Positions 48,355-60,539 of a stretch of DNA of 64,000 bases are shown here, one piece after another. A program made the translations under genes and the position numbers. Position 1 is the stretch's first letter; each line of letters begins with the position of its first letter. This stretch comes from an uncultured Gammaproteobacteria bacterium (GTDB lineage: Bacteria > Pseudomonadota > Gammaproteobacteria > Xanthomonadales > Rhodanobacteraceae). The notes beneath the pieces were generated by a model, which was not told the DNA's origin, searched no databases, and was given only the letters and a program-made list of their open reading frames with translations. Location: assembly GCA_963822465.1 (NCBI GenBank), contig CAWGHP010000010.1, forward strand, positions 284,149-348,148. Reading direction: 5' to 3'.

Positions 48355-49593
48355 TCAGGTGTCGAAGCCGATTTCGGCGAGGCGGCTGGCCTGTTCGCGC
48401 CAGCTGGCCAGCTTCGGCAGCACGCCTAGGCTCGACAGGTATTCCTCGTCGATCGGCTCGTCGCAGGCGAGCGCGACGGCCACGTGGACGGCGCCGGGAA
48501 CCCAGAAACTGCGCAGGCTCGACCGGCGTGGCGTGCGGTGGAAGGCGACGGCTTCGACGATCGGCATCGGCAATCCCCACAGGCCGAGCAGGTAGGCACC
48601 CGCTTCGGCGTGGCCCGGGCGCTGGTCGTCGGCGGAAGTCTTGTCCGGCGCGATGCATTCGTTGCGTACGCCGGGCAGCAACAGCCCGATATTGGCCAGC
48701 AGCGCCGCCGTCGAACCAAGATCCGCGCTGCTTTCGGGCAGCATCTTCGAGGGCAGGCGCGAGGCGAGCAGGGCGCGTCGCTGCAGGTCCTGGCGATCGA
48801 CCGCGAGCGGACTGGCCATCGAGAACACCTCGCTGGCGAGGACCAGTTCGCGCAGCGTGGTGGTGCCGAGCCGGGTCACCGCCGAGCGCAGGTCGCTGAT
48901 CTCGCGGCCTTTCGAGAAATAGGCCGAGTTGCACAGGCGCAGCACCTTGGCGGCGATCGCCGGATCGCTCGCGACCAGCGAGGCGACATCCGACGAACTG
49001 CTGCCCTCCTCGTCGTCGAGCGTCTGCATGAGGCTGAAATAGAGCTTCGGCGGCGCCGGCAAGGTGTCGATGCCGCCGACCAGGGTGCGCAGGCGCGTGT
49101 TGTCGATGGTCTCGCGCAGTTCCTCGTAGCTGTGCACGGACTCGAGCAGCTGCGCCGCGCTCATCGGCAGCGGCAGGAAGCGGTGGGCGACGCCGAGTAG
49201 GCGGCTCAGCGCGCGCTGGTCCATCCTTTCCGGCTCGACCAGGGCGATGCGGATCGCGCCGGGGCGGAGGATGCGGATCTGTTCAAGCAGGTCGGCGGGC
49301 GAGTGGTTGGCCTGCATCGGGCCGACGATGACGACGTCGTAGTCGCTTTGCGCGGTGGCGGCGATCGCGCTGCGGCCGCTGGCGGCCATGTCCAGGCGCG
49401 AACCGTCCCCGAGGTCGGCCACGTAAGCATCAAGGTCGCCGGTGGTCGATCCCGGCACTCCCACGTAAAGGATTTGCAAGTCAGTTCCCGTGCCGGGCGA
49501 CGATAGGTTTCCCTGCCGCGTCAATGTATCCAATGCAGGCAGCCACGGCCAGACCTGCCGCAATGCACGGGCAGTGATCTGCAAGCGGCACAA
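48355..49593 (-). CDS. HDOD domain protein with N-terminal receiver-like domain
   Basis: ORF of 412 aa; the true start is probably downstream, near LQILYVGV. The HDOD pattern is LPAPPKLYFSLMQTLDD...LVASDPAIAAKVLRLCNSAYF...ISDLRSAVTRLG. Confidence 0.75.
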   Translation of the reverse strand: MCRLQITARALRQVWPWLPALDTLTRQGNLSSPGTGTDLQILYVGVPGSTTGDLDAYVADLGDGSRLDMAASGRSAIAATAQSDYDVVIVGPMQANHSPADLLEQIRILRPGAIRIALVEPERMDQRALSRLLGVAHRFLPLPMSAAQLLESVHSYEELRETIDNTRLRTLVGGIDTLPAPPKLYFSLMQTLDDEEGSSSSDVASLVASDPAIAAKVLRLCNSAYFSKGREISDLRSAVTRLGTTTLRELVLASEVFSMASPLAVDRQDLQRRALLASRLPSKMLPESSADLGSTAALLANIGLLLPGVRNECIAPDKTSADDQRPGHAEAGAYLLGLWGLPMPIVEAVAFHRTPRRSSLRSFWVPGAVHVAVALACDEPIDEEYLSSLGVLPKLASWREQASRLAEIGFDT

Positions 49594-49802
49594 GGCAGAC
49601 GGAGGCGCGGCAGGTTGGCGCGGCAGGTCGCGCGGCAGGGGGCGCGGCAGGGCGGACGGCCGAAGCGGGGCAGTGGCGAATACCCCTGCGGACCCGCTGC
49701 CAAGGGGAAAACTGTTAATCCGGTCACAAAACGGATACCTTTCAGGAGTCGTCCAACCGATGTGTTTCCCGTTTCCGAGCGATCAGTCCGGGCAGGAGCG
49801 CC

Positions 49803-50366
49803 ATGTTGTCTAGCTTGCGCAGCATGTGGAGAGGGGTGAACGGCGGACGGCAGCCCAATGGCGCGGCGACCCACGACGACGGCGAATTCGGCGAAGTCCG
49901 CTACCGTCCCCTGCTGGTCAACCAGGTGGTGCATGGCCACCAGCAATTGCGCATGCTGATGCGTGGCGTCCTCTCGGCCTGCGCGCGGCGCGACGAAGCG
50001 GCCATGGTAAGCGGCCTGCAGGCCTTCGCCGAACTGTTCCGCGCACTCGCCCTGCTGAAATCCTCGCAGTTGTTCCCCTATGTGCGCTGGGGCCTGCACA
50101 ACGACAGCTCGGCGCTGCTCATCCTCGATTCCGTCCAGCATGAATCGCAGCGCGGCACGCGGATCATCGAGGCCGTGCTCAGCGAATACCTCGGCACGCC
50201 GTGGAACAGCGAGCACCGGCGCCGCATCGTCGCCGATGTATCGCGCGTGGCCAGGTTTCTGGCCGAAATGATCGGGCGCGACGAGACCTCGGTCCTGCCC
50301 CACTACATGTCGCCCGGCCAGTACCGCCACGTCGGCATTCCGCCCGTGTTCAACCTGTCGCGCTAG
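49803..50366 (+). CDS. hypothetical protein (helical; weak hemerythrin-like H/E pattern)
   Basis: 187 aa with a balanced composition (W, Y, F, N, H present), unlike the R/A/G-rich antisense ORF 49521..50549. No firm family is recognised. Confidence 0.5.
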   Translation: MLSSLRSMWRGVNGGRQPNGAATHDDGEFGEVRYRPLLVNQVVHGHQQLRMLMRGVLSACARRDEAAMVSGLQAFAELFRALALLKSSQLFPYVRWGLHNDSSALLILDSVQHESQRGTRIIEAVLSEYLGTPWNSEHRRRIVADVSRVARFLAEMIGRDETSVLPHYMSPGQYRHVGIPPVFNLSR

Positions 50367-50371
50367 CGCCG

Positions 50372-51121
50372 CTACATCGCCAGCGAGCGCCCGCCGTCGA
50401 CATTGATGACCTGGCCGGTGACGAAGTGTGCGTCGCGCAGCAGCCAGAGCACGGCCGAGGCGACATCGGCGGCTGAGCCGGCGCGCTTGAGCGGCGTGCT
50501 GGCGATGATGTCTTCCTGCCGCGCGTAGGCCTTGCCGTCTTCGGGCCACATCACGGCACCGGGGGCGACGCCGTTGACGCGGACTTCAGGTCCCAGTTCG
50601 AGCGCCAGTGCCTTGGTCATCGTTGCCTGTGCGGACTTGGCCATGCAGTACACGGCATAGCCCGCCAGCGGACGTTCGGCGTAGATGTCGAGCAGGTTGA
50701 CGATGGCGCCGCCGCGTTCACGCAGGTGCGCGGCGGCGGCCTGGGCGAGGAAGAACGGTGCGCGTGCATTGGACGCGAACAGCTCGTCCCACTGCATCTG
50801 GCTGACCTCGCCGAAGGCCGTCGGATAGAACGCCGAGGCATTGTTGACCAGTCCGTCGAGGTGTCCGAAGCGCGCCACGGTCGCCGCGACGAGGTCGGGC
50901 AGGCGTTCGAAATCGGCCAGGTCGGCCTGCAGGGCGAGCGTGCTCGACGGGCGCGCGCATTCCAGTTCGGCGACGAGGGCGTCGAGTTCATCGCGCGAAT
51001 GGCGGCAATGCAGGGCGAGATCGTAGCCCGCTGCGTGCAGGTTGCGCGCGATGGTCGCGCCGACCCTGCGCGCGGCGCCGGTGACCATCACGACCGGGCG
51101 GGCGCTGGCTGGATCCGTCAT
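50372..51121 (-). CDS. pteridine reductase-like SDR
   Basis: ORF 50372..51172, with start MTDPAS at 51121. Motifs are VTGAARRVGATIARNL, NNASAF and YCMAKSA (YxxxK). Confidence 0.75.
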   Translation of the reverse strand: MTDPASARPVVMVTGAARRVGATIARNLHAAGYDLALHCRHSRDELDALVAELECARPSSTLALQADLADFERLPDLVAATVARFGHLDGLVNNASAFYPTAFGEVSQMQWDELFASNARAPFFLAQAAAAHLRERGGAIVNLLDIYAERPLAGYAVYCMAKSAQATMTKALALELGPEVRVNGVAPGAVMWPEDGKAYARQEDIIASTPLKRAGSAADVASAVLWLLRDAHFVTGQVINVDGGRSLAM

Positions 51122-51192
51122 CTGGCATCTCCGTGGACGTCGGGTTTCGGTATTCTGGGCAGATTGCCGCAACTTGGCGCAACGAGCCAGCC

Positions 51193-52383
51193 GTGTCCAA
51201 CCTCCTGCCGACGCCCTCCATCGAGGAACTCGCCCATTCCGCCCGCCTCGTGGACCTGATCCGCGGCGAAATCGCCGCGCAGGGGCCGATGCCGTTCTCG
51301 CGCTTCATGGAGCGCTGCCTGTATGCGCCCGGCTTGGGCTATTACAGCGCCGGCCGCACCAAGTTCGGCGCCGCCGGCGATTTCGTCACCGCGCCCGAAC
51401 TCGGCATGCTGTTTGCGCAGACCATCGCCGATGCGCTGATGCCCGCGCTCCGTGAATTGGGTCCCGAAGCGGAATTCTGCGAGCTCGGCGGCGGCAGCGG
51501 TGCATTTGCCGAGGCGGCCCTGCTCGCTTTCGCCGAGGCCGGCGTGGTGCCGCGGCGCTACCGCATCCTCGAGCCGAGCGCCGACCTGCGCGAACGCCAA
51601 CGCGAACGCCTGCGCGCCGCCTTGCCGGCCGAGCTGAATGCGCGCGTCGAATGGCTGGACCGTCCGCCCGAGGCGGACTGGCGCGGCGTGCTGTTCGCCA
51701 ATGAAGTGATCGATGCCTTGCCGGTGACGCGCTTCTGCAAGCGCGACGGCGAAGTCTACGAGGAACACGTGACGCTCGACGATTCCGGCCATTTCCGCCG
51801 CAGCGATCGCCCGGCCGATGCCCTGGTGGCCGGTGCCGTGCGCCATGTCGAGCGCGATCTCGGACGCGAGTTCGCCGATGGCTACCGATCGGAAATCCTG
51901 CCGCAACTGCCGTACTGGATGCAGGCCGTGCTCGGTAGCCTGAAGGCCGGACTCGTCCTGTTCGTCGATTACGGCTATCCGCGCGCCGAGTACTACCTGC
52001 CGCAGCGCGACGACGGCACCCTGGTCTGCCACTACCGGCATCGCGCGCATGGCGATGCGCTGGGCATGCCCGGCTTGCAGGATGTCACCGCCTTCGTCGA
52101 TTTCACGGCACTGGCGGAAGCCGGCAACCAGGCCGGGTTCGGCGTCGCCAGCTACGCCACGCAGGCACAGTTCCTGATGGCCGCGGGCCTGCCGGAGCGC
52201 TTCGCGGCGGCCAGCAGCGGTGCCGATGAAATGACTTGCTATCGCCTGGCCCAGGAGGTCAAGCGCCTGACCTTGCCCGGTGAAATGGGCGAGAAGTTCC
52301 AGGTCATGCTGCTGGCGCGTGATGTCGGGCAGTCCGCGCTGGTTCCGGGCCTCGCGGCGATCGATCGTGGAGGCCGGCTGTGA
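51193..52383 (+). CDS. MidA/NDUFAF7-family (DUF185) SAM-dependent methyltransferase
   Basis: ORF 51133..52383; GTG 51193 is preferred. Motifs are FSRFMERCLYAPGLGYYS, GDFVTAPELG, ANEVIDALPV and DYGY. Confidence 0.82.
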   Translation: MSNLLPTPSIEELAHSARLVDLIRGEIAAQGPMPFSRFMERCLYAPGLGYYSAGRTKFGAAGDFVTAPELGMLFAQTIADALMPALRELGPEAEFCELGGGSGAFAEAALLAFAEAGVVPRRYRILEPSADLRERQRERLRAALPAELNARVEWLDRPPEADWRGVLFANEVIDALPVTRFCKRDGEVYEEHVTLDDSGHFRRSDRPADALVAGAVRHVERDLGREFADGYRSEILPQLPYWMQAVLGSLKAGLVLFVDYGYPRAEYYLPQRDDGTLVCHYRHRAHGDALGMPGLQDVTAFVDFTALAEAGNQAGFGVASYATQAQFLMAAGLPERFAAASSGADEMTCYRLAQEVKRLTLPGEMGEKFQVMLLARDVGQSALVPGLAAIDRGGRL

Positions 52384-52429
52384 CGCGACAGGCAACCGTT
52401 AGCGGACCCACTCTCGGCGGGCGCCCGCC

Positions 52430-53209
52430 ATGTTGACCTCGTTCTTCTCGCCGGTCCGCTTCGGCGTCCTGCTGGCCCTGCTGCTGCTCGTCCTCTGGCG
52501 CTGGATGCCGCGCTGGATGCGCGTGCTGGCCAGCCTGCCGCTTGCCGCCTGCATCGCGCTGAGCCTGCCGCTGGTCGCCAACCAGCTGGTGCGTTTCCAG
52601 GAATCACGGGCGCCGGCGACGGACGCCTGCGCGGCTTCGGCGCCGACCACGATCGTCGTGCTCAGCGGCGGCATCACGCGGCAACCGGTCGATGCCTCCG
52701 ATTACGCGGCACTGGGCGAATACAGCCTGCGTCGCCTGCTCGCCGCCGTGGCGCTCTACCAGGCGCAGCCAGCGGCACGGCTGGTCATCTCCGGCGGCGA
52801 AGGGCAGTACGGCATCGCCGAAAGCGCGCTGATGGCGCGGCTCGCCCGGCAACTCGGCGTGCCGGCCGCGGCGATCACGCTGGAAGCGCGTTCCCGCTCG
52901 ACCTGGCAGAACGCGCAGTTCACCCGCGAACTCGAGCCGGCCGTGGACCAGCGCATCTGGCTGGTTACTTCCGCCCTGCACATGCCGCGTGCGCTCTACG
53001 CATTCCGCGAGGCCGGCTTCGACGCCTGCGCCTGGCCCGCCGATTCGCGATTCGCCAGCGCCAACAGCGTGGGCTACTACCTGCCGTCGACCGGCGCGCT
53101 CGACAAATCCGACGCGGCGATCCACGAGATGCTCGGCGAGGCTGCCTACCGCATGGGCTGGATGCGCAGCACGACGCGCGATCCGTGGTCGGGTTCCGAC
53201 GAACGCTGA
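52430..53209 (+). CDS. YdcF/DUF218 family protein
   Basis: N-terminal TM helices, then IVVLSGG...VISGGEGQYGIAESALMARLARQLGVPAAAITLEARSRSTWQNAQF. Confidence 0.82.
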   Translation: MLTSFFSPVRFGVLLALLLLVLWRWMPRWMRVLASLPLAACIALSLPLVANQLVRFQESRAPATDACAASAPTTIVVLSGGITRQPVDASDYAALGEYSLRRLLAAVALYQAQPAARLVISGGEGQYGIAESALMARLARQLGVPAAAITLEARSRSTWQNAQFTRELEPAVDQRIWLVTSALHMPRALYAFREAGFDACAWPADSRFASANSVGYYLPSTGALDKSDAAIHEMLGEAAYRMGWMRSTTRDPWSGSDER

Positions 53210-53227
53210 GCGCGCGATCGCCGCCGA

Positions 53228-53773
53228 TCAGGCGTCCTTCTTCTCGAACTCGCGCGCCAGCCAGTCCTTGAGCAGGCGCTTCTCGAAGCGATAGGACTCG
53301 CTGCTGTTGGTCGAGCCGCGATTGAGGAAGGCGGGATCGCGCAGCTTGCGCTCGCCGCTGTCGATGACCTTGCCATCCGCGTCGACCAGGCTGAAGCGCA
53401 GGTCGATGCTCGGCGGGTACAGCGACTTGACGATGCGAATGTCGTTGTAGCTGGGACCGCGCCAGGGTTCGTACTGGCCGGCCAGCTTGACGTCGGTGAT
53501 GGTCACGTCGAGGCGCTGGCCGGGCTTGAGCAGGCGGTCGGCGCGGCGCACGACGGTCTTGCGCAATTCATTGAGCCAGCTCTCGGGCTTCGGCCGGTTG
53601 AGTCCGTGGCTGTAGCGCGTTTCGGTGAATTGCGCGGGATCGGTCCAGGTCACGTTGACCCGGGCGTTGTCGTTCGCGGCCTCGCTGGCGAAAGCGGCGG
53701 CCGCGCCGCCGAGCGCCGCGGTGGCCAGGGCCAGGCTGGCGAGCGTACGGAGTGCCAGGTTCTTGCAATGCAT
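53228..53773 (-). CDS. DUF3016-like exported protein
   Basis: 181 aa with a signal peptide. Motifs are VNVTWTDPAQFTE, LDVTITDVKLAGQYEPW and DIRIVK. Confidence 0.65.
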   Translation of the reverse strand: MHCKNLALRTLASLALATAALGGAAAAFASEAANDNARVNVTWTDPAQFTETRYSHGLNRPKPESWLNELRKTVVRRADRLLKPGQRLDVTITDVKLAGQYEPWRGPSYNDIRIVKSLYPPSIDLRFSLVDADGKVIDSGERKLRDPAFLNRGSTNSSESYRFEKRLLKDWLAREFEKKDA

Positions 53774-53927
53774 GTCGGTCTCCAGAGGATGGATGCGCGG
53801 CGGAATCGCCTGCAGCTGATATCAGTGACGTCGCAGCGCGGGCTTTGGTTGCACGGCCTGAACGACCGGCAGCCGGTCGTTCTCCGCGGGTTCAGTTGAA
53901 CGCGCGATGCCGGGCGGCACGCCGCCT

Positions 53928-55268
53928 TCAGCGCGCGCCAACCAGCGCAAACGCATCGCGGGTCAGGTTTTCCGGTTCGCCGTCGGTGCAGGCCACGTCG
54001 TCCTCGATGCGGATGCCGCCATAGCGGCGGAATGCGTCGACGCGATCCCAGGCGATGTCCTTGCCGGCCGGCTTGTCCTTCAGTTTCGCCAGCAGCATGT
54101 CGATGAAATAGAGGCCGGGTTCGATCGTGACGACCATGCCCGGTTCGAGCCGGCGCGTCATGCGCAGGTGCGGATGGCCTTGCGGCCGATCGATCGTGGC
54201 GCCGGCGTCATCGGCGGCGAAGGCGGCCACGTCGTGCACCTGCAGGCCGATCGGATGGCCGAGGCCGTGCGGGAAGAACACGGCCGACACGCCCGATTCG
54301 ATCGCGCTTTCGGCGCTCATGCGGATGAAACCGTGCTGTTTGAGGATGCCGGCGAGGACAAGATGGGCGTGCACGTGCAGGCCGGCGTAGTCCTGGCCCT
54401 TGCGCACCTGCGCGCAGAAGCCCTTCTGCGCGGCCTCGACCGCGTCGATCAGGGCCTGGAATTCGCCCGCGGTGTCGGTGGCATAAGTGCGCGTGATGTC
54501 GCAGGCGTAGCCGTGGAAGCTCGCGCCCGCGTCGATCAGGAATGAATCGAGGTGCGAGGGCGGGGCATGGCGCAGATCGTGGTAGTGCAGGATCGCACCG
54601 TGCTCGTTGAGCGCGATGATGTTGCTGTAGGGCAGCTCGTTTTCGGTCTGCCGGGCCGCGTCGAGATAGGCCATGTGGATGCCGAATTCCGATTCGCCGG
54701 CGCGGAACGCCTTCTCGGCGGCGCGGTGCGCACGCGTGCCGATCTTGCTGGCCACGCGCATCATCGCCAGTTCGTAGGCGGTCTTGTACGAGCGCTGGTA
54801 GTGCAGGTAGTCGATCACGGCCTGCGGATTGTTCGGCGCGAAGCCGTCGAGCGCGGCATTTTTCTCGCCGATGATCGCGCAGCGCGGCTTGTCCTTCGGC
54901 AGGTGCGCGGCGGCTTCGGCGGCTTCGCGGATGACCACGATGTCGAACTGTTCGACCCAGTAGCCGGCCGGAGCTTCGGGCACGACATGCCAGTAGTCGG
55001 CCGGTTGCAGATACACCAGTTTCGGCTTCTTGCCGGGCGTGTAGACCAGCCATGAGCCCGGCGCCCTGGTCACCGGCAGCCAGTGCTTGAAATGCGGGTT
55101 GACGAAGAACGGATAGTCGCGATCGTCGAGGAACTGGTAGCGCAGGACGCCGGCAGGCACGACCAGGTGATCGAATCCGCCGCGCTGCAGTGCCGCGTCC
55201 GTGCGCTTCGTCAGGATATCGACGTGCTCGGCGAAGAGCGGATGGAGATCGGGATGCTGGGTATCCAT
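53928..55268 (-). CDS. pepQ: Xaa-Pro dipeptidase
   Basis: ORF 53928..55406, with start MDTQHPDL at 55268. The N-terminus is collinear with E. coli PepQ (FLDDRDYPFFVNPHFKHWLPVT). The metal site includes DAGASFHGYACDITRT, HGLGHPIGLQVHD and EPGLY. Confidence 0.9.
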   Translation of the reverse strand: MDTQHPDLHPLFAEHVDILTKRTDAALQRGGFDHLVVPAGVLRYQFLDDRDYPFFVNPHFKHWLPVTRAPGSWLVYTPGKKPKLVYLQPADYWHVVPEAPAGYWVEQFDIVVIREAAEAAAHLPKDKPRCAIIGEKNAALDGFAPNNPQAVIDYLHYQRSYKTAYELAMMRVASKIGTRAHRAAEKAFRAGESEFGIHMAYLDAARQTENELPYSNIIALNEHGAILHYHDLRHAPPSHLDSFLIDAGASFHGYACDITRTYATDTAGEFQALIDAVEAAQKGFCAQVRKGQDYAGLHVHAHLVLAGILKQHGFIRMSAESAIESGVSAVFFPHGLGHPIGLQVHDVAAFAADDAGATIDRPQGHPHLRMTRRLEPGMVVTIEPGLYFIDMLLAKLKDKPAGKDIAWDRVDAFRRYGGIRIEDDVACTDGEPENLTRDAFALVGAR

Positions 55269-55423
55269 GGAGGCTCCTTGGGGCAGGCCCCCATTGTGCC
55301 GCGTCTGGCGCGCCGGCGCGATTCGTGTCGGCGCAGGCGGATACGTCGCGCGACGGCCTGCCGGCGAGTCGCGGCGGGTTTCGGCTGGCTTGCCTGCGGC
55401 GAACATGGTTCAATGCCGCGATG

Positions 55424-57457
<2,034 letters not shown>

Positions 57458-57487
57458 TAATGGGCGGTCGTCCGTCCAGGTGAAGGC

Positions 57488-59395
57488 ATGAAGCTGCAGG
57501 TTCCGTTTGTCCAGTTTCCGCTCGATTTCGACGCGGAAGCGCTGCTGGCCGAGATCGGCCAGCTCGGTGAAGATGCGTGGCGCCCGCATCCTCAGGGTTA
57601 CGCCGGCAATTCCGCGCTGGCCCTGATCTCGGTCGATGGCGATCCGGGCAGCGATTCGATCTCCGGGCTGATGCGGCCGACCCCGTACCTCGAGGCCTGT
57701 CCGTACCTGCGCCAGGTACTGGCCAGCCTCGGCGCGGTCTGGGGCCGCAGCCGGCTGATGCGCCTGAGCGGCCATGCCGAAGTGCCGGCGCATGCCGACC
57801 TCGCCTATTACTGGCGTGAACGCGTCCGCGTGCACGTGCCGATCCTGACCCAGCCCACGGTGCGCTTCATCTGCGGCGAGGGCGAAGTCAACATGGCCGC
57901 CGGGGAGTGCTGGATTTTCGATACCTGGCGCCGGCATCGCGTCATCAACGCGGCCAACAGCCAGCGCATCCACCTGGTTGCCGACACGGTCGGCGGCGAG
58001 GCTTTCTGGAACCTCGCCAGCGGTGGCCGCGTCCCGGGACGCCCGGCGCCCGGGTGGAAGTCGAGCCATGTCGCGCCCGATCCCGCCGCGAATCCCGAAT
58101 TGCAGTTCGAATCGGTCAACCTGCCGAGCGTGATGTCGCCGTGGGAACTGCGCGAGCACCTCAACTTCCTGCTTGGCGAAGCGCAGCCCAATCCCCAGCT
58201 GGCGGCTATCCAGGAACAGTGCGCGCGGCTGACCTCGACCTGGCTCGGCCTGTGGGCGCGCCACGGCAGCGACCGCGCCGGCATGCCGGCCTATCGCGCC
58301 GCACTCGATGCCTTCGGCCAGCAGATGAAGTTGCTCGGCCAGGCGGTCGCCCTGCGCAACGGCTCGCAGTTCCTCTCCGCACTGGCGCCGATGATCCTGC
58401 GCGCGGCGCTCGATGACCAGCCAAGGACCGGCATGAGCGACGAGCGTGGCACCGACCCGGATGCCGGGGCGCAAGCGGCGGCAACGACGGCGGCGGGTGC
58501 TGCGCAGGTGGCGACCGCTGCCGTTGCGCCAGGCGCCGCGCGGCGCCCGGCAAGCGCTGGCAGCGATGCGCGTTTCGATCGTCCGGTGTTCATCGTATCC
58601 CCGCCGCGATCGGGCTCAACCCTGTTGTTCGAGACGCTGGCGCGCGCGCCGGCCCTGTACACGGTTGGCGGCGAAAGCCACGGCCGTGTCGAAGGCATGC
58701 CCGGCCTGCATCCGGCGGCGGGCGGCTGGCAATCCAACCGGCTCGAGGCCGCTGCGGCCACGCCGGCGATCATCACCGAATTGCGCGCGCGCTTCGACGA
58801 AGCCTTGCGCGATCGCGAGGGCGCACCCGCGCCGGCCGGCCGCGTGCGCATGCTCGAGAAGACGCCGAAGAACGCGCTGCGCATTCCGTTCCTGCGCAAG
58901 GTGTTTCCCGAGGCCCGCTTCATCTATCTTTACCGTGATCCCCGCGAAGTGCTCTCGAGCATGATCGAGGCGTGGAATTCGGGGAAATTCCGCACCTATC
59001 CGAACATGCCCGACTGGGGCAGCCCGGCGTGGTCGCTGGTGCTCGTGCCGGGCTGGCGCGACCTGCACGGCAAGCCCCTGCACGAGATCGTCGCCCAGCA
59101 ATGGGCGAGGACGACGCACATCCTGCTCGACGACCTCGCCAGCGTTCCTGACGGCCAGGTCAGCCGGATCCGCTACGATGCCTTCCTTGCCGATCCGCGC
59201 GGCGAAGCGCAGCGCCTTTGCGCCGAGAGCGACATCGCCTGGGATGTCGAGCTGGAAGCGCAATTGCCGCATTCGCGGCATACCCTGTCTGCCCCGGCCG
59301 CCGAAAAGTGGCGTCGCCATGAGCGCGAGATCGAGGCGGTGCTGCCGCTGATCGCGGCAGTGCGCGAGCGTGCCGAGGCGGCCAGCCGCGGCTAG
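57488..59395 (+). CDS. fusion protein: Asp/Asn beta-hydroxylase-type cupin (N-terminal) + sulfotransferase (C-terminal)
   Basis: The N-terminal half has HAEVPAHAD (HxD), RVHVPILT, GECWIFD and RIHLVAD. An Ala/Thr-rich linker follows. The C-terminal half has VSPPRSGSTLL (PAPS 5-prime-phosphosulfate-binding loop-like) and LYRDPREVLSS. Confidence 0.8.
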   Translation: MKLQVPFVQFPLDFDAEALLAEIGQLGEDAWRPHPQGYAGNSALALISVDGDPGSDSISGLMRPTPYLEACPYLRQVLASLGAVWGRSRLMRLSGHAEVPAHADLAYYWRERVRVHVPILTQPTVRFICGEGEVNMAAGECWIFDTWRRHRVINAANSQRIHLVADTVGGEAFWNLASGGRVPGRPAPGWKSSHVAPDPAANPELQFESVNLPSVMSPWELREHLNFLLGEAQPNPQLAAIQEQCARLTSTWLGLWARHGSDRAGMPAYRAALDAFGQQMKLLGQAVALRNGSQFLSALAPMILRAALDDQPRTGMSDERGTDPDAGAQAAATTAAGAAQVATAAVAPGAARRPASAGSDARFDRPVFIVSPPRSGSTLLFETLARAPALYTVGGESHGRVEGMPGLHPAAGGWQSNRLEAAAATPAIITELRARFDEALRDREGAPAPAGRVRMLEKTPKNALRIPFLRKVFPEARFIYLYRDPREVLSSMIEAWNSGKFRTYPNMPDWGSPAWSLVLVPGWRDLHGKPLHEIVAQQWARTTHILLDDLASVPDGQVSRIRYDAFLADPRGEAQRLCAESDIAWDVELEAQLPHSRHTLSAPAAEKWRRHEREIEAVLPLIAAVRERAEAASRG

Positions 59396-59530
59396 CCACG
59401 GGCTGTTCAGCGCAGGCTGTGGATCGGCCGGCACAATCGGCGGGACGAAGAAGCGGCGGACACGTTATGCGTGGCTGCCTGCTTCGCTTCGCCAGCCCGC
59501 GATCTTCACCCCAGCCGAGGAGCAGACACC

Positions 59531-60136
59531 ATGGCCGCCAGCAAGCCGTTCGTTTCCGATATCAAGAACATCCGCAAGCGCGCGCGCGAGCACATCGAGC
59601 GTGGCGCCGTAACCGACGGCTACAAGGCCGATCGCGAGACCGTGATCAAGATCCTCAACGAAGCGCTGGCCACCGAGATCGTCTGCGTGCTGCGCTACAA
59701 GTACCACTACTACATGGCATCGGGCATCAACGCACAGAGCGTGGCCGCCGAATTCCTCGCCCACGCCAACGAGGAGCAGGGCCATGCAGACCGCATCGCC
59801 GAACGCATCACCCAGCTCGGCGGCGCGCCGAACCTGTCGCCGGAAGGCCTGCTCACGCGCAGCCATTCCGACTATGTCGAAGGCGACGACCTGGTCGACA
59901 TGATCAAGGAAAACCTGGTTGCCGAGCGCATCGCCATCGACAGCTACCGCGAGATCGTCGCCTATCTCGGCAACGCCGACACGACCACGCGGCGCATCAT
60001 GGAAGAGATCCTCGCCGTCGAGGAGGAGCACGCCGAGGACATGAGCACCCTGCTCGAGGAACTCGGCAAGAAGGGCGAGCCGGCCAAGCCGGAGAAGCGG
60101 GGCAAGTCGGGCGGCGCCAAGCGTAGCCGCAAGTAG
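59531..60136 (+). CDS. ferritin-like/bacterioferritin-family protein with Lys-rich tail
   Basis: ORF 59471..60136, with start MAASKPF at 59531 behind GAGGAG. The di-iron-type pattern is EALATEI, NEEQGHADRIAERI, LVAERIAI and VEEEHAEDM. Confidence 0.75.
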   Translation: MAASKPFVSDIKNIRKRAREHIERGAVTDGYKADRETVIKILNEALATEIVCVLRYKYHYYMASGINAQSVAAEFLAHANEEQGHADRIAERITQLGGAPNLSPEGLLTRSHSDYVEGDDLVDMIKENLVAERIAIDSYREIVAYLGNADTTTRRIMEEILAVEEEHAEDMSTLLEELGKKGEPAKPEKRGKSGGAKRSRK

Positions 60137-60539
60137 CCGCGCCGATCTGCCGCCAGCCCGCCACTCAGCCGTCTAATGAATAGCCGTGGCGGACGATGAC
60201 GTCGCGGTCGCGCCCGGCCACGAGCGCGGCCAGCTGATCGTCGTAATACTCGCGATAGGACTTGTGCGCCGACGCATTGCGCGGCGCGGCCTGCTCGATG
60301 AATTCGCGCAACGGCTCGACGGTCGCCAATACGATGGGAGCGCCAGAAGCGATGCCGGTTGATCAGTAACTCACCCATGTGACGCCGGACTCCCGAGCGC
60401 AGCGCTCCAGCGCGGATCCTGATGTGCCTGGGCAACCAGCCGGGTTGATCGAAAGCCGCGTGGTAAACTGGGCCTGCACGGTTCCCCCGGCAAGGCCCGC
60501 GTCAGCATTTCAATTGCCGTTCGAGAACGGGAGGTCGTC

